Assembly (NCBI GenBank): GCA_965247115.1
Contig: CBDFGR010000003.1
Span: 64,001 to 128,000, forward strand
Direction: 5' to 3'
Origin: Myxococcota bacterium
GTDB lineage: Bacteria > Myxococcota_A > UBA9160 > SZUA-336
DNA: 64,000 nucleotides
In this document: piece after piece, positions 38,812-48,757 of the stretch
How the letters are laid out: each line of letters starts with the position of its first letter
Numbering within the stretch: the first letter of the stretch is position 1
The notes under the pieces: model-generated
Databases searched by the model: none
Seen by the model: the letters and a program-made list of their open reading frames with translations, nothing else
Told to the model about the DNA's origin: nothing
Program-made: the position numbers and the translations under genes

Positions 38812-39360
38812 CTACATCCGCTCGACGTAGCTCCGATCGCGGGTATCGATCCTGAGCTTCTCGCCGCGGTCGACGAAGCTCGGGACTTGCACGACGGCTC
38901 CCGTCTCGAGAGTTGCGGGCTTGAGGTTTCCGCCCTTCTCCGGCGGATCGGTGCTGGTCACCTCGAGTACCACGAAGTTCGGCAGCTCGACGCCGACGGG
39001 CTTCTCGCCGTGCAGGAGCACGTCGACCTGACAGCTCTCCGAGAGCAGATCCACGTTCTCGATCAAGTCTCGAGCGATCTCGATCTGGTCATAGCTCTCC
39101 TGGTCCATGAAGACCAAGCGCTCCCCTTCCGGGTACAGGTACTGCATCTTGCGCTGGCTCACGTCGGCGACCGGAAGCGACTCGCCGCCCTTGAGCGTGC
39201 GGTCGATCACTGCTCCCGAGAGCAGGCTCTTCAGCTTGAGTCGCACGAAGGCACCGCCCTTACCGGGCTTCACGTGCTGATACTGCGTGACGACGTGGGG
39301 CTCACCGTCGATCTCGACGCGTGTGCCCGGCCGGATACGCGAGCTGTCGATGTTCGCCAT
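38812..39360 (-). CDS. efp: Elongation factor P
   Basis: HVKPGKGGAFVR, MQYLY, FMD.E.Y.Q, KPATLETG...VP.FV..GE...IDTR...YVER. Confidence 0.96.
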   Translation of the reverse strand: MANIDSSRIRPGTRVEIDGEPHVVTQYQHVKPGKGGAFVRLKLKSLLSGAVIDRTLKGGESLPVADVSQRKMQYLYPEGERLVFMDQESYDQIEIARDLIENVDLLSESCQVDVLLHGEKPVGVELPNFVVLEVTSTDPPEKGGNLKPATLETGAVVQVPSFVDRGEKLRIDTRDRSYVERM

Positions 39361-39400
39361 CGGAGCCGCGAAACGTAGCCGCTCTCGGGAGCGCGCTCAA

Positions 39401-39498
39401 CGCGAGCGAAGTCGGCTCGATGCGAGCGAAGTCGGCTCGATGCGAGCGAAGCCGGCTCGATGCGAGCGAAGCCGGCTCGATGCGAGCGGGACTGGCTC
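39401..39498. repeat. Tandem repeat, 20-bp unit TGCGAGCGAAG(T/C)CGGCTCGA, four copies plus a degenerate fifth
   Basis: Units at 39401, 39421, 39441, 39461 and a degenerate one at 39481; each contains a CGAGC...GCTCG inverted repeat. Confidence 0.92.
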
Positions 39499-40252
39499 AG
39501 AGAGCCGCGATCCGGGCCAGCTCCCGCAACGAATCCAAGCCCACGCTCTCCGGCGTCCGGGTCGAAACGATGAGTCGGTCCACCCCGAGCTCCCGCAGAC
39601 GCGCGCGCTCGCGTAGCAGCGTGTTCTCGCCGGATACGCTGAGCTCGAAGCGCCCGTCAGCGGTCTCGTTCTCGCGCTGATAGCGGCGGAGCAGCTCGAT
39701 GCGCGCGGGGAGCGCCTCTAGTGCGAGAGCCGTAGCAACCCAGCCATCTCCCATGCGAGCAGCGCGCCAGATTGCAGCATCGGTCGCTCCCGCCACCAGC
39801 AACGGCGGCCACGGCTTCTGGAGTGGTTTCACCTCGAGCCTTGCGTCCGCAGTGTGGAAGCTCTCTCCGCTGTGCTGCACGATCTCCTCGGTCCACAGTC
39901 TCTTGCACAGGATGATCGCCTCACTCAGCCGGGCCGCAGGCGAGGTCCCTTCGGTCGCGCGCCCGTGCGAGCCAGGCTCTACCACGATCAGCTCGGCGCG
40001 CCCCTGCGATACGTCATCCAGGGCCTGAAGCCCGCGCGCGAGCGCCACCGGATCCCGGTGTGCAAGCTCCACGACCTGCAATCCGAGGCGCAGAGTCACC
40101 GTGGCGCCCGCCGCAGCCGAAAGATGGGCAAAGGCATCGCCTGTCGGAGCTTCCGAAAACCAGACGGACTCGAAGCCCAGGGCCTCCGCCTCACGAGCCG
40201 CTTGCATGTAGAGAGCGGGCTTCGCACCCACCAGGCAAACACCGAGCTTCAC
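39497..40252 (-). CDS. LLM-class flavin-dependent oxidoreductase
   Basis: AEALGFESVWFSE, LDDVSQGR, KPLQKPWPPLLVAG, AARMGDGW. Confidence 0.85.
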   Translation of the reverse strand: MKLGVCLVGAKPALYMQAAREAEALGFESVWFSEAPTGDAFAHLSAAAGATVTLRLGLQVVELAHRDPVALARGLQALDDVSQGRAELIVVEPGSHGRATEGTSPAARLSEAIILCKRLWTEEIVQHSGESFHTADARLEVKPLQKPWPPLLVAGATDAAIWRAARMGDGWVATALALEALPARIELLRRYQRENETADGRFELSVSGENTLLRERARLRELGVDRLIVSTRTPESVGLDSLRELARIAAL

Positions 40253-40278
40253 GCCGGCGAGGCTATCAGCTCGGCGCG

Positions 40279-43200
40279 CTACGCGTCGCTCGACGGTCGA
40301 CCGGCGTTCCGGGCGATGCGCCGCACCGCAGGCTCGGCATCGTCGACGTACCGGGCGAGAACACTCGCTGCCTCCTCGCCACCGAGCTGAGAGAGGGCGA
40401 GCGCCCCGGCCTTGCGCACGCCGGACTCCCAGCCGCGGCGCAGCGAGAACGGGCGGCGCGGCGCAAGGACCTTTGCCAGCGCCACGATTGCCACGGGGTC
40501 GTTGAGCTGACCGAGCGCCTGACAGCACGCGATCACCCGGTCCGGGTCCCTGGCGGTGCGCAGGATCTCCAGCACTTCGGCAACAGCCCCGCGAGGCTCG
40601 AGCTGCGCGAGACAGCGAATCGCCATCGCGGCTGGCCCTGCTTCGGGCCCTCGGGCCTGCTCTTGTACGATCTCCGTGATCTCGGGGGTCGCGACGCGCT
40701 CGGCCAGGCGAAGCGCCGCCATACGAACCTCCATCGCGCCGTCCGCGAGAGCACAGGCCAGCTCCGCGCCGACATCCGCCGTGACGCGATCGAGAACCTC
40801 GAGGATCCGAACCCGCTTCTCTCGGGCCGCCTCGAACGCAAAGGCACGCTTCAACACGGCCCCGGCGTCGTCTCCGCCCTGTGCCAGCAGCTTGGCAGCA
40901 ATCTGGCGGACTCTGCGGCTGTCTTCGCTCCGGATCACCTCCACGAGCAACGACTCGGCAGCGCCCCCGAGGGCGCCCAGCACACGGGTCGCCCCCTGCT
41001 GACGCTCGACGTCGGGAGAGCCGAAGTCGTCGAGGATGAGATCCCGTGTCGCTGCGTCGAGCTCGGGCCTGAGGACCTGCGCTAGAACCTGCGCCCGCAA
41101 GGGAGAGCTCTCGGACTCCGGCTCGAGATAGAGCGCGGAGAGCAGCTGGCACGCGAGTGCATACTCGCCGAACTCGATGGAGAGGGTCGACATCTGGCGC
41201 AGTGTCGCAACCATCATGCCCAGCGGGTCCGGCTGATCCTCTCCGGTGTACACCTCGAGAAGTGGGTCCGCAAGAAGCTTTGCAAAGATCGGTTGGGAGC
41301 CCGCAGGGAGAAGGCTGAGGGCCGTTCGGCAGGCGACGACTGTGTCCTCACGCAGGTCCGCATCTCGCACGGGGAAATTGTCAAAGACTCGCTCTACAAG
41401 CTCCGCGACGGCTGCAGGATCATCCGCGCGCAGGCACTGGGCCGCGCGCTCGGGCAGCGACTTCAGCAGGCTCGCAAGGTCGTGTGGATCCGTCTCGGTC
41501 TCCGCGTCGAGACACTCTTCCTGTCCGGAGTCAGACTCGACCTCCTTTTGTCCTTCGACGCCGATCTCTTCTCGAACCTCGTACAGAGTCTCATGTACAT
41601 GGATTTGTGTCAGATCTCGCTCGGAAGCAAAACGCGACCAGAAGAGCTCATCGGTAGCGAGCTCCGGAAGGTCGCGAAGGCCGGCAATGAAGGACGCGAC
41701 CTCACTCTCAGGGACGGGAGCGACGAAGGTCAGCCCCGCGAGCTTGACCGACGTCATGAAGTCGCGCAGGTCTGCCGTCAGCTTGTCGACGTCGGTCCCT
41801 CCGAGCCGCTGGCCGTTGACGAGGACTGCGTCGCCGGCCGTGGCGAGGCTCAGCGTCGGGTGGGCCTCCAGGACTCGTCCCAGCGCCTCTTCGAGCTGCT
41901 CGTGAGCGGCCCGGATCGCCCGACTGCGAATTGGGTAGAGTCGCACGCCGCGCGCCGCCCCGAGCAAGCAGCGGATCAGCTCCCGTATGTCGTTGCGCGA
42001 GTCGCTCTCGAAGGTGTCCTCGCCCTGCGGTGTCGGCGACGCCGGACGCGCAATCTCCGCCCCCTCCACAGCCGCGAAGCTGGCGCCCGTCTCCACTCTG
42101 GTGTAGCGGAGCTGCCGAAGCTCGATGTTCGTGATGCCGCATTCGACCAGGAAACGCTCCCAGAAGCGCGGGTCGATCTCCTCCGGCCGCGTGCGGGCAA
42201 ACGCCACGAGCAGGGGACCGAGCTCATGCTCGCCGACACCGGCGCGGAGCACGATGGCTCCGAGCTCTAGCCGACGCAGGATGTTGAGGAGCCCCTCTAC
42301 CACGAGCTCAGCCTCCCCCTCCAGGGGCTCGCCGTTGACCAGAATGCCGCGCTCGACCCGCCGAACGTCCAGCACCCCGACCCTCGCCAGCACTGCTTCG
42401 AGCACGCTCTGCAGCTCTGTCGTCGCCGAGATAATCGCGCTGCTCTCCGCGGGGTAGAGCCGCACGTTGTTCACCACGGTGAGCATCCAGCGCACGATGC
42501 TGGGCAGCTGGTTGCGGCTCTCCTCATCGAGCGCCGAGTACTCGGCCACGTCGTCGCCCGAGTAGAGGCTCGCCTCGTCGGCCAAAAACACGCCCTTGTC
42601 CCGCGCTCTCTGGATCTCTTCGTAGCTCTCGGCCTTCTGCTCGTTCGCGGAGCATTTGAAGTGGTAGGCCAGGATCGAGGCGGAGGGCATGAGCTCCCGC
42701 TCGTACAGGATCTCCTGAAATTTTCCCGCTCGCTCGTGCAGAGCCTGCCGCTCCGGCGTTTGGATGTTGCCGTAGACAATCTCCAGCACGCGGCGGCTGA
42801 TGAAGTGGATCGACTCGTCGTTGACCTCGAACTCGCTGTTGAGGATCCCCAGGCGCACCGCCTGATCGAGGAACTCGAAGACCCTCGCCTCCATCATCTC
42901 CGACGTTCCGGCCAGCGCGCTCAGCTGCACGTTCTCGCCGATCACGCACGCCTGCGCGAGCAGCTGCTGACCCTCCTCGTCGAGGATCGCGACCTTCTCG
43001 GCGATGACCTGCTCGAGCGAGCGAGGGAGCTCGTTCCTCCGCATGGGTCGGATCACCCACTGCTGGCCCACAAGCGCGATCTTCTGCTCCATCACGAGCT
43101 TGCGGAGCACCTCGACCAGGAACAGCGGGTTGCCCTTTACGATCTCGCACAGCTGTGACTCGAAGCCCTCGGGGATCTCGATCGAGGGAAACACGCTCTG

Positions 43201-44469
43201 CAGGTGGGATGTGATGTCCGACGGCGTCAGCGGCGTGAGAGCGATCTGCTCCAGGCCGAGCTCTTCTCGCTGACGTTCCAGGAAACGCTCCAGGGGAAGA
43301 TCGTCCGAGATGGCCTCGGTCGAGGTGGCGCACACGAAGAGAGGAACCTCGGCCCGGTTCATGAGCACACGAAGCAGGTTGAGCGTCGCCTCATCGGCGA
43401 AGTGCAGATCGTCGATCAGCACGACGAGAGGTCGGAAGTCAACGACCCGGAAAATGAGCAGGAGCAACGTGTTGAAGATGAACTCCCGACGCAGTCCCTG
43501 CTCGTGCCCAGTGTCAGAATCCCTGGCTCCACCGAGCTGCGGCAGGATCCGCGACACGCAGGCGAACTGCTCCTCACTCAGGCCCTCCATCACCGAGAGG
43601 CCTTTGTCGGAGCGCTGACTCATGAGGCCGACGAGCACGTCCGAGGCCAGATAGTAGGGCCGGAACAGCTCCTCCGGCCGACCGCGCACGCTCACGATCT
43701 TGCCGACGGAGCTCGCGTCGAGATGCGGTCGGATTTCTTCCAGGAGCGTACTCTTGCCGAGACCTGGACCCCCGCGTATGACGAGGAACTGACTCTCCCG
43801 CAGGGCAAAGCGCTCCAGGCTCGCGGCAACCCGCTCGAGCTGCGACCGGCGTCCGGCGATCTCGGCGCCCCCCAGCAGATGCAGTGCGGTCCTCTCGACG
43901 GGCTGCTGCAGGTTGGCCGCATCGGCCACCACGTGGCGGCCCCGACCCTGCGCCTTCGCCGCGTACAGGGCCGCATCGGCACGTCGGATCAGGCTCGTGG
44001 CGTCGCGGGCATGCTCCGGCGCCGTCGCAATGCCGATGCTGAAGCAGAGCTGGATCTCCTGTCCAGCGGTGGCGCGAAACACCTGCTGTCGGGAGCGTTC
44101 GTGGAGCCGCTCCGCCAGCTCCACGGCCTCGGGGCAACCCCCCTGGGGCATCAGCACGATGAACTCGTCACCCGCGTAGCGGACCGGCAGGGCGTGCGGC
44201 CCGCCCTCTTCGCGCAGCTGCTCCGCCAGCCACACCAGTGCCTGGTCACCGACTTCGTGGCCGTAGGTGTCGTTGATCTCCTTGAAGTCGTCGAGGTCGA
44301 TGAGAAGGAGAGACAGGCGGCAGTTCTCCCGGCCCCACTCCACCTTGTGTTCGAGGTAGTTTCGCAGGAAGCGACGGTTGGAGATCCCCGTTAGCTCGTC
44401 CTCAAAGATCAGACGAGCCGGGTCCTTCCCCGTGTGCTCCAGGAGGTTTAGGAGATCTTCGTACTGCAT
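40279..44469 (-). CDS. Diguanylate cyclase (AGDEF) fused to an AAA/STAND-like ATPase, two repeated RLYP domains and HEAT repeats
   Basis: DELTG..NRR, DLDDFK.IND.YGH..GD, RYAGDEF; Walker A GGPGLGKS; Walker B VLIDDLHFAD; GNPLFL; C-terminal HEAT-like helices. Confidence 0.85.
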   Translation of the reverse strand: MQYEDLLNLLEHTGKDPARLIFEDELTGISNRRFLRNYLEHKVEWGRENCRLSLLLIDLDDFKEINDTYGHEVGDQALVWLAEQLREEGGPHALPVRYAGDEFIVLMPQGGCPEAVELAERLHERSRQQVFRATAGQEIQLCFSIGIATAPEHARDATSLIRRADAALYAAKAQGRGRHVVADAANLQQPVERTALHLLGGAEIAGRRSQLERVAASLERFALRESQFLVIRGGPGLGKSTLLEEIRPHLDASSVGKIVSVRGRPEELFRPYYLASDVLVGLMSQRSDKGLSVMEGLSEEQFACVSRILPQLGGARDSDTGHEQGLRREFIFNTLLLLIFRVVDFRPLVVLIDDLHFADEATLNLLRVLMNRAEVPLFVCATSTEAISDDLPLERFLERQREELGLEQIALTPLTPSDITSHLQSVFPSIEIPEGFESQLCEIVKGNPLFLVEVLRKLVMEQKIALVGQQWVIRPMRRNELPRSLEQVIAEKVAILDEEGQQLLAQACVIGENVQLSALAGTSEMMEARVFEFLDQAVRLGILNSEFEVNDESIHFISRRVLEIVYGNIQTPERQALHERAGKFQEILYERELMPSASILAYHFKCSANEQKAESYEEIQRARDKGVFLADEASLYSGDDVAEYSALDEESRNQLPSIVRWMLTVVNNVRLYPAESSAIISATTELQSVLEAVLARVGVLDVRRVERGILVNGEPLEGEAELVVEGLLNILRRLELGAIVLRAGVGEHELGPLLVAFARTRPEEIDPRFWERFLVECGITNIELRQLRYTRVETGASFAAVEGAEIARPASPTPQGEDTFESDSRNDIRELIRCLLGAARGVRLYPIRSRAIRAAHEQLEEALGRVLEAHPTLSLATAGDAVLVNGQRLGGTDVDKLTADLRDFMTSVKLAGLTFVAPVPESEVASFIAGLRDLPELATDELFWSRFASERDLTQIHVHETLYEVREEIGVEGQKEVESDSGQEECLDAETETDPHDLASLLKSLPERAAQCLRADDPAAVAELVERVFDNFPVRDADLREDTVVACRTALSLLPAGSQPIFAKLLADPLLEVYTGEDQPDPLGMMVATLRQMSTLSIEFGEYALACQLLSALYLEPESESSPLRAQVLAQVLRPELDAATRDLILDDFGSPDVERQQGATRVLGALGGAAESLLVEVIRSEDSRRVRQIAAKLLAQGGDDAGAVLKRAFAFEAAREKRVRILEVLDRVTADVGAELACALADGAMEVRMAALRLAERVATPEITEIVQEQARGPEAGPAAMAIRCLAQLEPRGAVAEVLEILRTARDPDRVIACCQALGQLNDPVAIVALAKVLAPRRPFSLRRGWESGVRKAGALALSQLGGEEAASVLARYVDDAEPAVRRIARNAGRPSSDA

Positions 44470-44659
44470 CGCACCGGGGGGGAGCTGTCCCGCTAGGGAG
44501 ATCGGCTCCGGGCTGGCCCGACTGTAGGTTGCCCGGCGACGCGCGAGTCCTCGAAACGCCACGAGGGTCCGCTTCCGCGCGCGCGCGGTGGCGCAGCTGA
44601 CCTATCCGGTCGCCACCCGATGCCTGCCCCTCACCGATCTGGTGGTGTACCTTGCCGGC

Positions 44660-45997
44660 ATGAACGCGGAACGTCTAAGCCGATTCCCCTTCGTGCAGAC
44701 CCCTGGCGCAACGCCCCTCGCGATCGATCACGCCGAGGGGGCCTATCTCATCACCGCCGACGGGCAGCGCATTCTGGACGCTGCGGGCGGCGCCATCGTC
44801 GCGAACATCGGCCACGGCCGACGCGAGGTGGCGGAGGCGATCGCCGAGGCCACCGAGCGCTCGAGCTACGTTGTGCCGACCTGGGTGACGCCGAGTCGAA
44901 TGCGACTCGTCGAGCGCCTGCTCGACCACTGGCTCCCGAGCGGCCTCGAGCGCGTGCTGCTCGTGAGCGGCGGATCCGAGGCCATGGATGCCGCGATCCG
45001 GATCGCCCGCCAGCATCAACGCGCGTGCGGACGCGAGGGTCGCCACAAGGTCATCGGTCGCGAGCTCTCCTATCACGGCACGACGGTGGCGACGCTGGCA
45101 GTCGGGGGCCACGAGAAGCGACGCTCGGACTTCGCGCCGCTGCTCTACTCGCACCCGAAAGCCCCGGCGTGCTACTGCCTGCGCTGCCCCTTCGACCGCA
45201 GCTATCCCGAGTGCGGCGTCGCCTGCGCGGACGAGCTCGAGCAGATCATCGCGCGTGAGGGCGCGGAGAGCATCGCCGCCTTTGTGGCGGAGCCAATCAG
45301 CGGCAGCGGCGCCGGGGCACTCGTTCCGCCCGCAGAGTACTGGCCTCGCATCTCCGAGATCTGCAGGCGCCACGACATCCTGTTGATCGCCGATGAGGTG
45401 ATGACGGGATTCGGTCGCACGGGCCGCCGCTTCGCGGTGGAGCATTGGGATCTCGAGCCCGACCTCCTGATCTCGGGCAAGGGTCTCTCCGGCGGCTACG
45501 CACCGATCTGCGGGATCTTCGCTCGCTCCGAGGTCGTCGACCCGATTGCCGAGCAGGGCCTGGAGGTCATGTTCTACACCTACGGGGCTCACTCGGGCGC
45601 CTGTGCAGGCGCCGACAAGGTGCTCGAGATCATGCAGCGCGAGTCCCTCGTGGAGCGGGCCGCCGAGGTCGGAGAGAAGCTCTCGAAGCACCTCGACGGT
45701 CTGCGCGAGCACCCACACGTCGGGGACATCCGCGGTCAGGGCCTGCTCTGGGCCATCGAGCTCGTGCATGATCGCGACACGCTCGAGCCGTTCCCGGCCG
45801 AGGCTCGCCTGAATGCGAAGGTGGTCGCTTCGGGGCTGTCTCAGGGTGTCTTCTTCTATCCCGGAGGAACCGGGATCGCGCGCGACATCATCGTGCTCGG
45901 CCCTCCGTTCACGATCGGCGACACCGAGCTGGATCTCATCGCGGAAGTGCTGCCCCGAGCGATCGATGAGGCAGTCGCGCGAGTGGGCAGCCACTAG
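44660..45997 (+). CDS. Class III PLP aminotransferase
   Basis: SGGSEA, SYHGTT, AFVAEP, IADEVMTGFGRTG, GKGLSGGY. Confidence 0.93.
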   Translation: MNAERLSRFPFVQTPGATPLAIDHAEGAYLITADGQRILDAAGGAIVANIGHGRREVAEAIAEATERSSYVVPTWVTPSRMRLVERLLDHWLPSGLERVLLVSGGSEAMDAAIRIARQHQRACGREGRHKVIGRELSYHGTTVATLAVGGHEKRRSDFAPLLYSHPKAPACYCLRCPFDRSYPECGVACADELEQIIAREGAESIAAFVAEPISGSGAGALVPPAEYWPRISEICRRHDILLIADEVMTGFGRTGRRFAVEHWDLEPDLLISGKGLSGGYAPICGIFARSEVVDPIAEQGLEVMFYTYGAHSGACAGADKVLEIMQRESLVERAAEVGEKLSKHLDGLREHPHVGDIRGQGLLWAIELVHDRDTLEPFPAEARLNAKVVASGLSQGVFFYPGGTGIARDIIVLGPPFTIGDTELDLIAEVLPRAIDEAVARVGSH

Positions 45998-46188
45998 CCG
46001 AGACCGAACAACCGTCGCGCCCGGGCCGCGCAACGCCGGGTCGACCGCGGAACTGGTTTGCCCGGACTGAGAAGCGCGCTTCACACCTCGGCGGCAACGT
46101 TCGCGCAGCAAGCGCGCAGCTCCGCTTGCATCCTCGCGGAGTGCGTCCCCGTGACTTCCGGGGCCTGAAACTTGCACCGGCTCCGGAC

Positions 46189-47412
46189 ATGCGCCCCCTC
46201 ATCGCGACCCTACTCTGCGGCCTGCTTCTCGGATGCGGACTCGGCTACAGCAAGGGACAGGTGGACCGCCGGCCCGAGCGCGCTCTCGGCGTAGGGGCCC
46301 GCGTCATCTATCCCGGCGAGACCTCGCCTGCCCTCGGAATGCCCGGCAGTGGCAGCTCCCAGAGCAGCAGCAGCTCATCAGGGGGACAGCAGTCCGGCTC
46401 CAGCACGAGCTCAGGAAGCTCGAGCTCTCCCGCGGAAGAGAACCTGACGATGATCGGCGGACACTCCGGCAGCGCCCAGGAAGAGCAGACGTCGAAGGAG
46501 GGTCCCGCCTTCCTACCACTCCTTGGCTACCCCTTCTGGTTCCTGGGCAAGTCGATCAGGGAGAAGGCGGATCGAGCGGTCGAGCGCGAAGCGAACACGG
46601 AGCAGCAGAAGCAGACCCCCGAGCTGGCGCCAGCGCAGACCCCCGACGATGCCGAGCGCGCGCGTCTCAGACGCGAGAACGAGCAGCTGCGAGACCAGCT
46701 CCGACACTCACACGAGAGCGCAAGTGAGCCGCGAGAGAGTCGACTCTCTATTGCCGACGAGCTCGCCGCCCTCGAGAGCTCGCTTGCTCCGGCGCCGCAC
46801 CCGACGCCGGCCCCGCGGTCTTCCCAGGAGACTGGACTCTCGCTTCCCGAATCGGTCGATCGCAACGCAGATGGCCGCGCGGACCTCTGGTCCTACAGCG
46901 AGTCCGGCGGGCGCGTTCGGGAAGCGCTCGACGATGACCACGACGGGCGCGTGGACAAGATCCTGAGCTATGACGCGGAGCGCCGACTGCAGAAGAGCGA
47001 GGAGGACCTGGACCGCGACGGGGTGATGGAGACCGTCACTCTGTTCCAGAACGGCCACATCGTTCGTCGGCGGACCGACTCGGATGGCGACGGGCAGATG
47101 GATGCCTGGAGCTTCTACCGTGCCGGGGAGCTGGAACGCCACGAGATCGACCGCGACGCAGACGGGTTCAGAGACCTGGTGCTGAGCTACCGCGACGGCG
47201 AGCTCTCGCGCGAAGAAGAGGACAGGAACAGCGATGGTCGACCGGATAACGTCACCCTGTACAGCGATGGGGAGATCGCGACGACTCGCGAGGATCTGGA
47301 TTACGACGGCGTGACGGACATTGAGTCCACGTACGAACGGGGCAAGCTCGTCCGCCGTGATCTGAACAGCGCGACCGGCCTCGAGAACTGGGGGGCTGAG
47401 GTCGAGCAGTGA
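46189..47412 (+). CDS. Lipoprotein with Ser-rich linker and seven DxDxDG repeats
   Basis: LLGC lipobox; DRNADG, DDDHDG, DLDRDG, DSDGDG, DRDADG, DRNSDG, DLDYDG at ~23-aa spacing. Confidence 0.8.
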   Translation: MRPLIATLLCGLLLGCGLGYSKGQVDRRPERALGVGARVIYPGETSPALGMPGSGSSQSSSSSSGGQQSGSSTSSGSSSSPAEENLTMIGGHSGSAQEEQTSKEGPAFLPLLGYPFWFLGKSIREKADRAVEREANTEQQKQTPELAPAQTPDDAERARLRRENEQLRDQLRHSHESASEPRESRLSIADELAALESSLAPAPHPTPAPRSSQETGLSLPESVDRNADGRADLWSYSESGGRVREALDDDHDGRVDKILSYDAERRLQKSEEDLDRDGVMETVTLFQNGHIVRRRTDSDGDGQMDAWSFYRAGELERHEIDRDADGFRDLVLSYRDGELSREEEDRNSDGRPDNVTLYSDGEIATTREDLDYDGVTDIESTYERGKLVRRDLNSATGLENWGAEVEQ

Positions 47413-47894
47413 TTTCCCCACTGCTTCGAGTCGTGACGAGCTTTGCGCTGGGCTTCGGGAGCGTCGTCTGCTCGACGACCGGAGCGCTCTCCGCTCTGAC
47501 CGGACCCGACGCCGAGCTCGTGCAGCGCGTGAACGAGCTCCGCGCCAGCCACCACCTGATTCCGCTGCGCGGCTCGCCGGAGCTGGGCCGCGTGGCGCGC
47601 GCGCACGCGGAAGACATGGCCCGTCGGGACTACCTCTCTCACGTCAACCCCGCGGGTCTCGACCCGCTCGGCCGTGTGCGTGCGGCCGGAGTGGACGGCT
47701 TTCGCCTGCTGGCGGAGAACATCGCAGCCTCGAACGTGGAGGGCGATCGCACCTCGGTTGCGATTGCCGAGTGGCTGCAGTCGGAGAGCCACCGCGAGAA
47801 CCTGCTGAACCCCGCCTTCAACACTACGGGCGTCGCTGTGGTGGACGCGCCGGGAAACCGCACGCTGTTCGTTCAGCTCTTCGCGACGTTCTAG
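47409..47894 (+). CDS. CAP (SCP) domain protein
   Basis: VN..RA, A.AHA.DM....YLSH, AENIA, W..S..HRENLL. Confidence 0.9.
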   Translation: MISPLLRVVTSFALGFGSVVCSTTGALSALTGPDAELVQRVNELRASHHLIPLRGSPELGRVARAHAEDMARRDYLSHVNPAGLDPLGRVRAAGVDGFRLLAENIAASNVEGDRTSVAIAEWLQSESHRENLLNPAFNTTGVAVVDAPGNRTLFVQLFATF

Positions 47895-48757
47895 GAAGAG
47901 GACCCGGACTCGGGAGCCAGCGTCGCAGCGACGGGAGCCAGGGTCGCAGCGACGCTGCGATCGTTCCACCAGAGCTCCATCGACTCCGCCGGGTCGAACG
48001 CCGTCGGGACGATCAGATACCCGAGCGCCAGGCCGCGGGCGGGAATGGCGCCAGCAGAGCCGACGAGCAGGCCCAGCTCGCGCGGGTCTTCGGGGTCCGG
48101 CCGGAAGGTGCGAGAGCCCTGAACCACGAAGAAGTTGGGATGGAACTCGGCTTGCTCGCCCGGCGCGCTGACGACAAACGCGATCACGCGCCGCTCTTCC
48201 GGGTCGAGACTCAGGGACGCGAGCAGGATCGACTCGAAGGCCGGAGAGTACGCCAGCAGGATGCGCAGTCTCTCCCCCCCGCGAAGATCCTCGAGCGTGA
48301 GCTGGGCGCTGGCGACCTGCTGTCGCATCTGGACAAGCCGGACCAGGTCGCGGAGCTCCCCCTCGTCGAACCGGAGTGCGGACACCGGGGGCGCCGGCGG
48401 CGCGGCCGACTGCGGGACTCGCGTGGTACGGGTGGCGGTGCTTGGCTCGGCTGCGGGCCGCGGGGCCCGGGCCTCACGGATTTTCTCCGCAGCCTCCAGC
48501 AGGTTGTAGGGGTTGTTCGGATCCCTGGCCCCCTGATCGACATACCAGGTATAGGGCCGCGGCAGGAGCTGTGGCCGGATCGGAGGAAGATCGGCCGGGT
48601 CCACGAGCTTGGCCCGCGCACACGGCACGCTCTCCATGGTCTGCACGATGAAGAAGCTGCCGTCCGGGCAGACTCCGCTCAGGGATTCCGCCTGCGCCAG
48701 CGTCCCGCACACCCCTCCCAGGACGAGAACGAGGGTCGTGAAGCCGAGCCGTGTCAT
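47891..48757 (-). CDS. Hypothetical exported protein
   Basis: Signal peptide (AQA cleavage-like site); long ORF with typical codon bias. Confidence 0.7.
   Translation of the reverse strand: MTRLGFTTLVLVLGGVCGTLAQAESLSGVCPDGSFFIVQTMESVPCARAKLVDPADLPPIRPQLLPRPYTWYVDQGARDPNNPYNLLEAAEKIREARAPRPAAEPSTATRTTRVPQSAAPPAPPVSALRFDEGELRDLVRLVQMRQQVASAQLTLEDLRGGERLRILLAYSPAFESILLASLSLDPEERRVIAFVVSAPGEQAEFHPNFFVVQGSRTFRPDPEDPRELGLLVGSAGAIPARGLALGYLIVPTAFDPAESMELWWNDRSVAATLAPVAATLAPESGSSS

Noticed and set aside
39401..39498. CRISPR array
   Set aside because: Repeats are contiguous 20-mers with no unique spacers and no cas genes nearby.
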